Source: a bacterium
Lineage (GTDB): Bacteria > NPL-UPA2 > JAUVJM01
Reading direction: 5' to 3'
NCBI GenBank assembly: GCA_030606215.1
Contig: JAUWGW010000005.1
Location: 5,369 to 69,368 of the forward strand
DNA length: 64,000 nt
Shown here: positions 21,173 through 31,144 of the stretch, piece by piece
How the letters are laid out: each line of letters opens with the position of its first letter
How positions within the stretch are numbered: the first letter of the stretch is position 1
Notes under the pieces: model-generated
What the model was told of the DNA's origin: nothing
Database searches by the model: none
What the model saw: the letters and a program-made list of their open reading frames with translations, nothing else
Position numbers and translations under genes: made by a program

Positions 21173-21201
21173 TTGACATATATATGCTGTTATGTTAGTA
21201 T
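21173..21201 (+). promoter_or_regulatory. sigma70-like promoter of the vapBC-like operon
   Basis: TTGACA, 17-nt spacer, TAGTAT, about 12 nt upstream of the 21214 ATG. Confidence 0.45.
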
Positions 21202-21213
21202 TACTAACGGTGG

Positions 21214-21450
21214 ATGAAAATGAACGTTAAAACCCAGAATAAAAGAACGACACTGTACTTAAAAAATATGGAAGTTGGGTACTTAAAGAAGGTGAGCTCA
21301 ACTGAGGGCAAGTCAATGTCAGAATATATCCGGGAGCTGATAAAGAAAGATATGGGAAGAAGAGATAAATATACTTTGGGGGATTTAAAGAACCTGGTTT
21401 TTGCAAAAGATAAACATCCCGGGAAAGTAGACGAAATAATCTATGAGTGA
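21214..21450 (+). CDS. ribbon-helix-helix antitoxin (VapB/CopG-like)
   Basis: 78 aa; TTLYLKN...SMSEYIRELIKKDM RHH pattern. Overlaps the PIN gene by 8 nt. Confidence 0.6.
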   Translation: MKMNVKTQNKRTTLYLKNMEVGYLKKVSSTEGKSMSEYIRELIKKDMGRRDKYTLGDLKNLVFAKDKHPGKVDEIIYE

Positions 21451-21838
21451 TGCTTTATTTGTAGATACTGATGCTTTTTTAGCATATTTCTCTTCAAAAG
21501 ATCCTCACCACGAGAAAGCACGAAGTATAATAGACCAGGCAAAGGGGATCATAATTACCGATTACATTTATGACGAGATATTAACACTTGCCAGGAAAAG
21601 GTTAGGGATAAACCCTTCAATAGCAATCATGCGTCATATAAAACACAACAAGGACATTGAGATGATAGTAGTTACAGAAAAAGACAAAACCACGGCAGAG
21701 AAGGTCTTTGAAAAGTACGCAGACAAAGATTTCAGTTTTACCGATTGCACTACTTTTGCGGTAATACAACGCCTTGGGATTAAAAATATACTCAGTTTTG
21801 ATAAACATTTTCAGCAATATGGCATAGCTGTTTTATGA
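21443..21838 (+). CDS. vapC: PIN-domain ribonuclease toxin VapC
   Basis: FVDTDAFLA ... DFSFTDCTTFAVIQRLGIKNILSFDKHF gives the PIN acidic residues. Confidence 0.8.
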   Translation: MSDALFVDTDAFLAYFSSKDPHHEKARSIIDQAKGIIITDYIYDEILTLARKRLGINPSIAIMRHIKHNKDIEMIVVTEKDKTTAEKVFEKYADKDFSFTDCTTFAVIQRLGIKNILSFDKHFQQYGIAVL

Positions 21839-21883
21839 AAACACAAAAACAGTCTTGAACAATAGATAAATGGAGGTTTTAAT

Positions 21884-22216
21884 ATGACAGCCGACGACAG
21901 TATCAAAGCACTAATTACAACTCTAGTGGAAAAGATTAAAACTGCTTATCATCCAGAAAAGATCATTCTCTTTGGTTCTTATGCTTATGGTACACCCAGT
22001 GAGGATAGCGATATTGATCTTCTGATCATCAAGGATACTCCTGATAGACCTATTGACCGAAGAGTTGTTGTAAGAAAGATTATTTCTGATCCCGGGCGGC
22101 GTGTTCCTTTTGAACTTATTGTGCTGACTCCAGAAGAAGTCCAGAATCGTCTTAAGATTGGCGATCAGTTCCTACAGGAAATAGTTGAAAATGGCGAGGT
22201 GCTGTATGCAGTCTGA
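21884..22216 (+). CDS. minimal nucleotidyltransferase (MNT) of a HEPN/MNT module
   Basis: LFGSYAYGTPSEDSDIDLLI is the canonical GS...DxD NTase motif; 110 aa. Confidence 0.85.
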   Translation: MTADDSIKALITTLVEKIKTAYHPEKIILFGSYAYGTPSEDSDIDLLIIKDTPDRPIDRRVVVRKIISDPGRRVPFELIVLTPEEVQNRLKIGDQFLQEIVENGEVLYAV

Positions 22217-22595
22217 AGAATCTCAGTATCCAGAAGACTGGTTTAGGATAGGGGACAAGGAATTAAAGAGGGCGAAAAACCTATTTGATTTAAATGATCT
22301 GGAGGGTGCAGGTTTTAATGTCCAACAGGCGGTTGAAAAATATCTTAAAGGTTATCTTCTCTCTAAAGGATGGAAGCTCCGGAAGACTCATGATTTGGAA
22401 CCTCTTCTGAACGAGGCTATTTCCCATGATCCCTCTTTTGGGGAATTTAGGTCTACTTGCTTGAAGATGACAGAGTATTATGTGGAAGAGAGATACCCAT
22501 TAACTGTTGTTTCAAAACTAACAGAAGAAGAACTAAGGGAGTCCCTGAGTACTGCTGAAGAACTTATTAATAAAATTAGGGAATTAGTTGAATAA
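22185..22595 (+). CDS. HEPN-domain protein, partner of the MNT
   Basis: 136-aa helical protein overlapping the MNT gene by 32 nt. Has an R(x)nH-containing HEPN-like region (LRKTHDLE). Confidence 0.75.
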   Translation: MKMARCCMQSEESQYPEDWFRIGDKELKRAKNLFDLNDLEGAGFNVQQAVEKYLKGYLLSKGWKLRKTHDLEPLLNEAISHDPSFGEFRSTCLKMTEYYVEERYPLTVVSKLTEEELRESLSTAEELINKIRELVE

Positions 22596-22655
22596 GGGGA
22601 GTTTATCAATTTCGCCTCTGGACCACAAAGGCGAAATAGAGGGAAGATATAAACC

Positions 22656-22883
22656 ATGAGGTTAATAGTGACATTAGAGAGGGATGAGGATGGGATGTTA
22701 GTTGCGGAATGTCCTGCCATTCCTGGATGTGTCAGCCAAGGGAAAACTGAGCAGGAAGCGATAGAGAATATTAGGGATGCAATTGAGCAGTGTCTCGAGG
22801 TGCGCGCAGAACATGGGATGCCGCTTACTGTTGCAACGCGAGAAGTTGAGAACTCTAATTGCACGTGCTGGCTTGACTGTTGA
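22656..22883 (+). CDS. hicB: HicB-family (UPF0150) antitoxin, apparently orphan
   Basis: MRLIVTLERDEDGMLVAECPAIPGCVSQGKTEQEAIENIRDAIEQCLEV is the typical small HicB core. The C-terminus diverges (SNCTCWLDC). No intact hicA nearby. Confidence 0.65.
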   Translation: MRLIVTLERDEDGMLVAECPAIPGCVSQGKTEQEAIENIRDAIEQCLEVRAEHGMPLTVATREVENSNCTCWLDC

Positions 22884-22943
22884 AGAGTTCTTAAATGCAG
22901 GGAAGAAGTAGAGACGAAAAGCAAGAATCCAGGGAAGTTAAGT

Positions 22944-23069
22944 ATCCCCCAAAAAGGCTTTCTTCTTGACCTTACCAAAATACGGAGGATGCAACAGTTG
23001 GTCAAGAAATACGCTAAAATATCCAATTTAGAGGCTTCCCCGCACACTTTGAGACATACCTGTAGTTGA
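22944..23069 (+). pseudogene. truncated tyrosine recombinase/integrase fragment (box II region only)
   Basis: Start-less frame reads ...GFLLDLTKIRRMQQLVKKYAKISNLEASPHTLRHTCS*. The sPHtLRHt motif of XerC/D and phage integrases is followed immediately by a stop. The catalytic Tyr region is absent. Confidence 0.4.
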
Positions 23070-23103
23070 AAGAGGAATTTTTGAAGTTATATAAAACCAT
23101 TCA

Positions 23104-24213
23104 CTAATTTTCACATCGTCGATTTTTTAATATCCATTCTTTCCAAAATGGATCTTCTATTCTAATTTTCTCCCCACTCTTTTTTGCTAATGTTCCCAAG
23201 ACTATTAATTTGCTTACCACGCTGCCAGAAGTGCTAGCTGACTTGATCCCGTATTTTCTTATAAATTCTTGTGAAGTGGGATTATAATTACCGGAAGCAA
23301 TACCTATAATGACTTTTCGTTCGGTATTGGTTAAGCTGTTCCACCATCTCGAGTAATCTGCATGATGCTCTGTTGTAATTTGGTCAACAGCCTTATTTAT
23401 TATCCCCTTTGTTAGAGTCTTCTTCTCGCTCAATATGTAGATTTCATGACACAATTGCTGGGTGTAATAGGGATGACAATCAGTAAATTTCAGAATGTCT
23501 TTTACAATTTCACGAGCATCTATTTTTTGTGAGGAAAATCTTTTTATGACAAAATCTGAAAATTCAGCATCGGGTATCTTGTGTAAGCTAATATGGCGGC
23601 CAAATTTATAGAAAGGATTCTTTTTGTTCTGGAATATTTCCCGGATCATGCTTTCTTGACTTCCGATAAAGACATATGTTATGTTTTGGTGGTATTGAAA
23701 TATCCCGCGCATTTTTCGTTCAAGCATAGGAGATATCCTGCGTATCTCTTGAAATTCATCAAAGACAATTACGATTTCTTTTTTAATGTTTTTAGCAATT
23801 GTCTCAGGAAGTTGGAAGCTGTCTAAAAGGAGTGTTGAGATGTTTCTCCTCTCTGTACTAAAAGATACTGAGATTTCATTCGTTTTTGGCTGAATCTGAA
23901 TATAGGGCTGTATCTTTAGACTCTTTAGGTAATTTTTTATTTTTTCAAACTTACTTAACGATAAGGCATTTCTAACATAGTAATTAGCCAAATCTACTTC
24001 GTCCGCAATCAACTCCATGTTAATCCTGAACCATTTCATCCCGCTGGCTTTCATTGCTTCATTCACAAGGCTGCTTTTACCGTAGCGGCGTGGACTCATA
24101 AGCACTATGTGTTGGCCTGCCTTTACCTCAGAGACTATCTCTTTTATTTCATTCTCTCGATTAGTGAAGTATTCTCCTGTTACTACATTACCAAATCTAA
24201 AGGGATTCATCAC
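23104..24213 (-). CDS. AAA+ ATPase of the Arch_ATPase (PF01637)/DUF234 family
   Basis: Walker A (SPRRYGKSSL), Walker B (IVIVFDEFQE), 369 aa, typical COG1672 architecture. Confidence 0.75.
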   Translation of the reverse strand: MMNPFRFGNVVTGEYFTNRENEIKEIVSEVKAGQHIVLMSPRRYGKSSLVNEAMKASGMKWFRINMELIADEVDLANYYVRNALSLSKFEKIKNYLKSLKIQPYIQIQPKTNEISVSFSTERRNISTLLLDSFQLPETIAKNIKKEIVIVFDEFQEIRRISPMLERKMRGIFQYHQNITYVFIGSQESMIREIFQNKKNPFYKFGRHISLHKIPDAEFSDFVIKRFSSQKIDAREIVKDILKFTDCHPYYTQQLCHEIYILSEKKTLTKGIINKAVDQITTEHHADYSRWWNSLTNTERKVIIGIASGNYNPTSQEFIRKYGIKSASTSGSVVSKLIVLGTLAKKSGEKIRIEDPFWKEWILKNRRCEN

Positions 24214-24233
24214 AAACCTCCAATTTTGTCATT

Positions 24234-24262
24234 ACGGTATTTTTCGTTACGAAAAATATCGT
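24234..24262. promoter_or_regulatory. near-perfect 14-bp inverted repeat (operator-like) between the divergent ATPase and apgM genes
   Basis: ACGGTATTTTTCGT t ACGAAAAATATCGT, 13/14 complementary, 21 nt upstream of the ATPase start. Confidence 0.4.
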
Positions 24263-24398
24263 AACATATATTGCCAAGTTTGTCAATCCGTTTGCCTAAA
24301 ATAAATTTTTCTTGCCTTGGGAGGGGATTATTGGTAGGATTAAACAGTTGTGGTTTAATCGTGTATTTCCTTTCAAGTATTGGTCGGAGTCCAAGGTT

Positions 24399-25613
24399 AT
24401 GAAATATGCATTGCTTATTGGTGATGGGATGGCTGATAGACCGCTGAGTTTGCTTGGCGGCAGAACCCCGCTTCAGGTAGCAAGCACGCCAAATATGGAC
24501 GAAATTGCATCTCATGGTGTGCTTGGATTAATTAAAACAGTTTCAAAGAGAACAGGGAAAAGCAGCGATGTAGCAATTCTATCTATACTCGGGTATGCCC
24601 CTTCTAAATATTACACAGGACGCGGACCGCTTGAGGCGGCAAGCATGGGAATACATCTTAAAGAAGGGCAGGTTGCATTCCGATGTAATCTTGTCACGGT
24701 AGATGAAGGGTGTCTGGTTGACTATAGTGCGGGTCATATTTCTACAGAGGAAGCAAAGGTCCTGATAAAGTTCCTGAACAAGAAATTGAGGTGGAGCGGA
24801 ATAAAATTTCATGCAGGGGTGAGTTACAGGCATTTAGCTATTGTTGACTACTCAGAGGGAAGATTTTCCGGGTTTGATCCCGAATCCTTGAAGTGTAAAG
24901 CTCCGCATGATGTCATAAATCAGCCGCTTGAGAAAATTCTGCCGAGGGGGAGAGGAAGTAATATTTTTAAAGAGTTGGCGTATGAATCAAGGAGATTACT
25001 TGATGAACATGAGATTAATGTGGTGAGGAGAGAGCTTGGGGAAAATCCGGCGAATATGATATGGTTATGGGGACAGGGCAAAGAGCCTCGGTTACCTGCT
25101 TTCAGTATGAGCGGGGCGGTAATTTCGGCGGTAGATGTGGTTAAAGGTATCGGTCATTCTATCGGGCTCTCGGTGGTGAATGTGCCGGGGGCAACTGGTT
25201 ATTTTGATACAGACTACAATGCAAAGGCTGAATACGCTATTAATGCATTGAAAGAATATGACTTTGTTCTGGTTCATGTTGAGTCACCTGATGAAGCAGG
25301 TCATATAGGAGATGTGCGTGCAAAGATTTCGGCTATTGAGAATTTTGATAGCAAAGTTGTTGGCCCTGTTTTATCATATGTAAAGGGACAGGCGAATTAT
25401 AGAGCCTGCGTTCTCCCTGACCACGCAACGCCTGTTGAGTTGAGGACGCATGTGGATGATATGGTTCCTTTTGCTATCTGTGGCAAGGGTATAGTTAGAA
25501 GGTCAGGGTTAACATTTGATGAGGTGTCAGCAAAAGAAAGCGGTATTAGAATTCCTTCAGGACATAAATTAATGGGACATTTTCTTGAAGGAGATTTTAG
25601 CGGATGGCTGTAA
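24399..25613 (+). CDS. apgM: cofactor-independent phosphoglycerate mutase, archaeal type
   Basis: MKYALLIGDGMADRP...TPNMD is the ApgM N-terminal signature. The track ORF extends upstream to 24312. Confidence 0.85.
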   Translation: MKYALLIGDGMADRPLSLLGGRTPLQVASTPNMDEIASHGVLGLIKTVSKRTGKSSDVAILSILGYAPSKYYTGRGPLEAASMGIHLKEGQVAFRCNLVTVDEGCLVDYSAGHISTEEAKVLIKFLNKKLRWSGIKFHAGVSYRHLAIVDYSEGRFSGFDPESLKCKAPHDVINQPLEKILPRGRGSNIFKELAYESRRLLDEHEINVVRRELGENPANMIWLWGQGKEPRLPAFSMSGAVISAVDVVKGIGHSIGLSVVNVPGATGYFDTDYNAKAEYAINALKEYDFVLVHVESPDEAGHIGDVRAKISAIENFDSKVVGPVLSYVKGQANYRACVLPDHATPVELRTHVDDMVPFAICGKGIVRRSGLTFDEVSAKESGIRIPSGHKLMGHFLEGDFSGWL

Positions 25614-26848
25614 TTGTTCAAAAATATGGCGGGAGTTCTGTTAGCAGCCCCGAAAGAATAAGAACTGTCGCAAGGCGCGTTATTGAGGCAAGGAAAGTGG
25701 GTTATGATACTGTCGTTGTGGTATCTGCTATTGGCGGCACTACTGACGAGCTGGTAAAACTTGCATACCAGGTTACAGATTCTCCTTCAGAGCGTGAGAT
25801 AGACGTTCTCATCTCTACCGGCGAGCAGGTTTCGGTTGCGCTTCTTGCAATGGCTGTTCACTCTCTCGGGTATGAGGCAATATCTTTCACAGGGTCACAA
25901 ACTGGAATTGTTACAGATAGCGCTCATACACGAGCGAGAATTATGAAGATAGAGCCGGAAAAGATCAAAAATGAATTATCTCTCGGCAAGATTGTTATTG
26001 TTGCGGGATTCCAGGGGACAACACAAGACTCTGAAATCACAACTCTCGGGAGAGGTGCTTCAGACCTTACAGCAATTGCTCTCGGCGCGGTTCTTAAGGC
26101 GGAGGTAGTTGAAATTTACACTGATGTTGATGGAGTCTATACAGCAGACCCTAAAGTTGCAAAAGATGCTCGTAAACTTCCTGTTATTTCATACGATGAG
26201 ATGCTTGAGATGGCAAGTCTCGGTGCGCAGGTTATGCAATCGCGGGCTGTAGAGTTTGCAAAAAAATTTAATGTGCCTGTCCATGTCAGGTCAAGTTTTT
26301 CTAAGGATGCGGGGACTCTAATCAGGGAGGAGGCAAAGTCCATGGAAAAAATTGTAGTGCGGGGAGTGACAGCAAACAAAAGTGAGGCGAAAGTCAGTTT
26401 GCTTGGAGTTCCAGACCGTCCGGGTATTGCGGCTCTCATTTTTAAGCGGTTAGCAGATGATGATATCAATATTGATATGATTGTTCAGAATGTTAGTGAA
26501 GTAGGAAAGTCTGATATATCGTTCACTATAGAGGGAAGCGACCTTAAGAGAACAGTTGCAGTTGCTGAAAAGGTCGCAAAAGATATTGGCGCAAGGGAAG
26601 TGAGTTCGGATGAAAACATTGCGAAAGTGTCAATAGTTGGGCTTGGTATGCGAAGCCACTCTGGAATAGCGGCAAAAATGTTTTCTGCACTTGCTGGTGA
26701 AAATATTAATATTGAAATGATAAGCACATCAGAAATCAAGATATCCTGTATCATAAGAAAAAAGTTGGCTGATAAAGCTGTAAAGGCACTACATGCCAAG
26801 TTTGGATTGGGGAAACAAAGGAAAGCAAGGAGAAAAAAGAAAAAATGA
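25604..26848 (+). CDS. lysC: aspartate kinase with tandem ACT domains
   Basis: VQKYGGSSV...VVVVSA is an amino-acid kinase domain, with C-terminal ACT repeats. Confidence 0.95.
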   Translation: MAVIVQKYGGSSVSSPERIRTVARRVIEARKVGYDTVVVVSAIGGTTDELVKLAYQVTDSPSEREIDVLISTGEQVSVALLAMAVHSLGYEAISFTGSQTGIVTDSAHTRARIMKIEPEKIKNELSLGKIVIVAGFQGTTQDSEITTLGRGASDLTAIALGAVLKAEVVEIYTDVDGVYTADPKVAKDARKLPVISYDEMLEMASLGAQVMQSRAVEFAKKFNVPVHVRSSFSKDAGTLIREEAKSMEKIVVRGVTANKSEAKVSLLGVPDRPGIAALIFKRLADDDINIDMIVQNVSEVGKSDISFTIEGSDLKRTVAVAEKVAKDIGAREVSSDENIAKVSIVGLGMRSHSGIAAKMFSALAGENINIEMISTSEIKISCIIRKKLADKAVKALHAKFGLGKQRKARRKKKK

Positions 26849-28422
26849 AAGCAGTTAGCCGCGATTACGGCGTAAAAATCTATGATACCACTCTTCGTGA
26901 TGGTTCTCAAGGGGAAGGGATTTCTTTCTCAGCTAAGGAGAAAATAGCAATAACGCAGAAACTTGATGAGCTGGGAGTTCATTTTATTGAAGGGGGAAAT
27001 CCGGGTTCCAACCCAAAGGATATTGAGTATTTTAAAGCTGTGCGCAAGCTCAAACTTAAGAATGCAAAGGTGTGCGCATTCGGAAGCACAAGAAGAAGTA
27101 ATAAAACAGCTAAAACTGACCCCGGACTGAAACTTCTTCTCTCTGGTGGTACAGATGTAGTGACTATTTTTGGGAAGAGCTGGGTGCTTCATGTGCGGGA
27201 TGTGTTGAAAGTTACACTTAAAAAGAATCTTGATATGATAGCCAGCACCGTAGAATATATAAAGTCTAAGGGGCGAGAAGTCATATACGATGCAGAACAT
27301 TTCTTTGACGGGTTTAAGGATAATCCTGAGTATGCAATGAAAACTATCAAAGCAGCTGAAGGGGCAGGAGCTAACTGGATAGTCCTCTGCGATACAAATG
27401 GTGGAAGCCTGCCTGCCTGGATTGTGGAAGTGGTTGAGAAGGTGCATCAGGAGATAAAAGTTCCACTCGGGATACATACGCACAATGATTCAGGGATGGC
27501 AGTTGCAAATTCAATTGTAGCCGTGATGAGCGGCGCAAAGCAAGTGCATGGGACAATTAATGGATATGGAGAGAGATGTGGGAACGCAGATCTATGCTGT
27601 ATCATCCCGATTTTAAAATGGAAAATGAATATTAATTGTATAACCGATAAACAGTCAAGAAGACTTGTGGAAGTTTCCCGGTATGTAAGTGAGCTCGCCA
27701 ATGTAGTTCCGAGGGACGAGCAGCCCTTTGTGGGAAACAGCGCATTTGCGCACAAGGGAGGGATGCATGTTGATGCAGTTATGAAAAGTGCGAGAAGTTT
27801 TGAACATATAAAGCCGGAGCTTCTTGGAAATGAAAGAAGGATACTGGTTTCAGAACTTTCCGGGCGGGCAAATGTTCTTTTAAAAGCGGAAGAATACCGC
27901 CTTGGTCTCAGCAAGGATTCACGAGAAACAGGGGAAATTGTTAAAAAAGTCAAGGAACTTGAACATCAGGGTTACCAGTTTGAAGCTGCTGATGCTTCGC
28001 TTCGGCTCCTTATGAAGAAGGTGGTCGGTATTCACAGGAGATTTTTTGATTTGCAGGGATTCAGGGTTAGTGTTGAGAGAAGAGGAGATGAGATTGTTTC
28101 AACTGCGACAATAAAGCTAAAAGTTAAGGGCGTGGAAGAACATACAGCGGCAGAAGGTGACGGGCCTGTCAATGCGCTTGATAATGCTTTGAGGAAAGCT
28201 CTGGGCCGCTTTTATCCAGATATAAATGAGATGCGTCTGACAGATTTTAAAGTGAGGGTGCTGGACGCTGAAGCAGGGACGGCGGCAAAAGTGAGAGTTC
28301 TGATAGAATCGCAGGACCACAGGGACACATGGCGGACGATAGGCGTCTCAGAAAATATAATTGAAGCGAGCTGGCAAGCACTTGTTGACAGCGTTGAATA
28401 TAAGTTGATGAAGGATGGTTAA
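26845..28422 (+). CDS. cimA: (R)-citramalate synthase / LeuA-family (CimA subtype)
   Basis: [10 protein letters not shown] ... [12 protein letters not shown] is CimA-type rather than LeuA-type (IEAGFP). A C-terminal LeuA-dimer regulatory domain is present. Confidence 0.75.
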   Translation: MKAVSRDYGVKIYDTTLRDGSQGEGISFSAKEKIAITQKLDELGVHFIEGGNPGSNPKDIEYFKAVRKLKLKNAKVCAFGSTRRSNKTAKTDPGLKLLLSGGTDVVTIFGKSWVLHVRDVLKVTLKKNLDMIASTVEYIKSKGREVIYDAEHFFDGFKDNPEYAMKTIKAAEGAGANWIVLCDTNGGSLPAWIVEVVEKVHQEIKVPLGIHTHNDSGMAVANSIVAVMSGAKQVHGTINGYGERCGNADLCCIIPILKWKMNINCITDKQSRRLVEVSRYVSELANVVPRDEQPFVGNSAFAHKGGMHVDAVMKSARSFEHIKPELLGNERRILVSELSGRANVLLKAEEYRLGLSKDSRETGEIVKKVKELEHQGYQFEAADASLRLLMKKVVGIHRRFFDLQGFRVSVERRGDEIVSTATIKLKVKGVEEHTAAEGDGPVNALDNALRKALGRFYPDINEMRLTDFKVRVLDAEAGTAAKVRVLIESQDHRDTWRTIGVSENIIEASWQALVDSVEYKLMKDG

Positions 28423-31141
28423 TATTTCTCCAAGGTACAGTGCCGCTGAAGTAGAAGAGAAGCTATACAAGTTCTGGGAGGAAGAAGGATTTTTCCAAGC
28501 AAGGCCGCCTGAAAGAGGCAGGACACCTTTCTGTATTGTAATCCCTCCACCTAACATCACCGGTTCCCTTCATATGGGGCATGCCCTGAACAATACGATT
28601 CAGGATTGTTTGACACGCTGGAAGAGGATGCAGGGATTAAATGCTCTCTGGATACCCGGAGTAGACCATGCCGGGATTGCCACACAAAATGTTGTGGAAA
28701 AGGAATTGATGAAGGAGGGGAGAAGGCGCGATGAGCTTGGAAGAGAGGAGTTTGTCAGAAGAGTCTGGCAATGGAAAGAAGAATATGGTGAAGATATAGT
28801 TGAACAGTTGCGTCTTCTTGGGTCATCCTGTGATTGGGAACGATTGAGATTCACGATGGATGAGAGATATTCAGCCGCGGTGCTGGAGGAGTTTGTTCAT
28901 CTCTATGGGGAGGGGTCTATCTACCGTGGGAGTCGTATCATCAACTGGTGTCCTGGCTGCAGGACAGCTCTTTCAGATATTGAAGTTGAGCATGAAGAAG
29001 TTGACGGGAAATTTTATTACATAAAATATCCTTTGAAAGAAGGGGAGTATATACCTGTTGCAACAACAAGACCTGAAACAATGCTCGGGGACACTGCTGT
29101 AGCTGTTCATCCGGATGATACGCGATACAGAAGCCTAATCGGGAAACCTGTGCTCCTTCCTCTGTCTGGCAGGGAAATACCTGTTATATCCGACGGGAGA
29201 GTTGACCCATCCTTCGGCACTGGAGCTGTAAAAGTTACACCTGCTCATGATCCGGAAGATTTTGAGATCGGGCTTACGCACAATTTACCCGAGGTGAGAG
29301 TGATTGGTGAAGACGGGAGGATGACAGAAAATGCAGGCAAATTCTCAGGCCAGGACCGTTATAAATGTCGCGAGAATGTTCTGAGAGATTTAAAAAATGG
29401 CAGGTATCTCTTCAAAATTGAAAATCATAGACATTCAGTTGGGCACTGTTATCGTTGCGGCGCTGCAATTGAACCGCTCATTTCACTTCAGTGGTTTGTC
29501 AGGATGAAAGAGTTAAGTCAGCCTGCAATAAAGGTTGTTGAGGAAGGAAAAATCAAATTTCACCCTGAACGCTGGACAGGAGTGTATCTTGACTGGATGA
29601 GAAACATAAAGGACTGGTGTATTTCCAGGCAGATCTGGTGGGGGCACAGGATTCCTGTCTGGTACTGTGAGGATTGTAAGTTTGAAAATGTGGAGAAAGC
29701 TGCTCCTGCGAAATGCAAGAAATGTGGTTCGCATAAACTCAGGCAGGATGAAGATGTTCTGGATACATGGTTCAGTTCTGCCTTATGGCCGCTCTCAGCA
29801 CTTGGCTGGCCTGAAGATACAGAGGACCTTAAATACTTTTATCCAACCTCTGTCCTTGTTACCGGCTATGAGATTATTTGTTTCTGGGTTGCGCGGATGA
29901 TTATGATGGGATTGAAATTCAAAGGGGATGTTCCGTTCGGGGATGTCTATATCCACGGAATTGTGCGCGATGCTAAAGGAAGAAAGATGAGCAAATCTCT
30001 TGGGAATGTCATAGACCCGAGGGAAATAATCAAATCCTACGGAACTGATGCGTTAAGAATGACACTATTGACTTCGCTTGGCGGACAGGATATCTATCTG
30101 GGTGAAGAAAAGCTTGAAGGGATGAGAAATTTTGCGAATAAACTGTGGAATGCCGGAAGATTCATCCTGATGAATATTCACTCAACTGCGTCATTGCGAG
30201 GAGCGATAGCGACGTGGCAATCTGACCATTTGCAGGGAGAATTGACACTTGATGACAGGTGGATACTTGCAGAACTTCAGAAACTAATACGAGAAGTTAC
30301 CAATAGCCTGAATACATACAGGTTCAGTGAAGCAGGGCAGATACTTTATGAATTTAGCTGGCATAAGTTCTGTGATTGGTATCTTGAACTTGTTAAACCG
30401 AGACTGGCTGACCCTCAGGAGAAGGAAGTGGTTTCGCGTGTCCTTTTGTTTGTATGGGAAAGACTTCTGAGGCTCCTGCATCCATTTATGCCATTTATTA
30501 CGGAAGAGCTGTGGCAATGTCTCCCTCCTGAATCCATGATGTGGGAAACATCTCCTGATGTTGAATCCAAGCGTAGGGGCGAGCTTGCTCGCCCTAAGAA
30601 TGGAAAGAGCATAATGGTCAGTTCCTGGCCTGAAGTTTCTGATGAGTTTGTAGACCAGGAAGCTGTAGCGCTGGCGGAGCGCAAGTATGCTGTAATCCGA
30701 ACAGGGCGTCAGCTCAGGACTGAGGCGGGTGTCCCACCCGGGGATAAGAGGAATTTCATCATAGAGCCCGCAGATGAGGATGAGGAAAAGGTTTTTAAAG
30801 AACAGTTTTCCGGTATTGGCCTTTTACTCGGGGCAGGTGAGGTTTTGATTGAAAAAAACGCGCAAGTTCCTAAAACATCTCTTTCGGGGATAAGTGCTTT
30901 TGGCACACCCGTGCACATGGTTGCAAGTGAAATAGATATAGAAGCTGAGAAGAACCGGCTCGCACAGGAACTGAAAAAGATTGAAGCTGTAATACAGCGC
31001 AGTGAAAACAAGTTGTCAAACCCTGCATTTCTTGAGAAAGCTCCAGGTAATATTGTTGAGAAAGAGAAACTAAAAAAGAAAGAACTTGAAGAAAGAAAAG
31101 AAAAACTCCTCACCCATCTCACCCAACTTAAGCATAACTGA
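28415..31141 (+). CDS. valS: valine--tRNA ligase
   Basis: [14 protein letters not shown] (HIGH), KMSKSLGN, C-terminal coiled coil; 908 aa. Confidence 0.95.
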   Translation: MVNISPRYSAAEVEEKLYKFWEEEGFFQARPPERGRTPFCIVIPPPNITGSLHMGHALNNTIQDCLTRWKRMQGLNALWIPGVDHAGIATQNVVEKELMKEGRRRDELGREEFVRRVWQWKEEYGEDIVEQLRLLGSSCDWERLRFTMDERYSAAVLEEFVHLYGEGSIYRGSRIINWCPGCRTALSDIEVEHEEVDGKFYYIKYPLKEGEYIPVATTRPETMLGDTAVAVHPDDTRYRSLIGKPVLLPLSGREIPVISDGRVDPSFGTGAVKVTPAHDPEDFEIGLTHNLPEVRVIGEDGRMTENAGKFSGQDRYKCRENVLRDLKNGRYLFKIENHRHSVGHCYRCGAAIEPLISLQWFVRMKELSQPAIKVVEEGKIKFHPERWTGVYLDWMRNIKDWCISRQIWWGHRIPVWYCEDCKFENVEKAAPAKCKKCGSHKLRQDEDVLDTWFSSALWPLSALGWPEDTEDLKYFYPTSVLVTGYEIICFWVARMIMMGLKFKGDVPFGDVYIHGIVRDAKGRKMSKSLGNVIDPREIIKSYGTDALRMTLLTSLGGQDIYLGEEKLEGMRNFANKLWNAGRFILMNIHSTASLRGAIATWQSDHLQGELTLDDRWILAELQKLIREVTNSLNTYRFSEAGQILYEFSWHKFCDWYLELVKPRLADPQEKEVVSRVLLFVWERLLRLLHPFMPFITEELWQCLPPESMMWETSPDVESKRRGELARPKNGKSIMVSSWPEVSDEFVDQEAVALAERKYAVIRTGRQLRTEAGVPPGDKRNFIIEPADEDEEKVFKEQFSGIGLLLGAGEVLIEKNAQVPKTSLSGISAFGTPVHMVASEIDIEAEKNRLAQELKKIEAVIQRSENKLSNPAFLEKAPGNIVEKEKLKKKELEERKEKLLTHLTQLKHN

Positions 31142-31144
31142 AAG

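Noticed and set aside
22478-23047. 189-aa minus-strand ORF spanning the HEPN gene end, hicB and the downstream spacer
   Set aside because: Antisense to three well-supported plus-strand features. Low-complexity Ser/Leu-rich translation; no homology impression.
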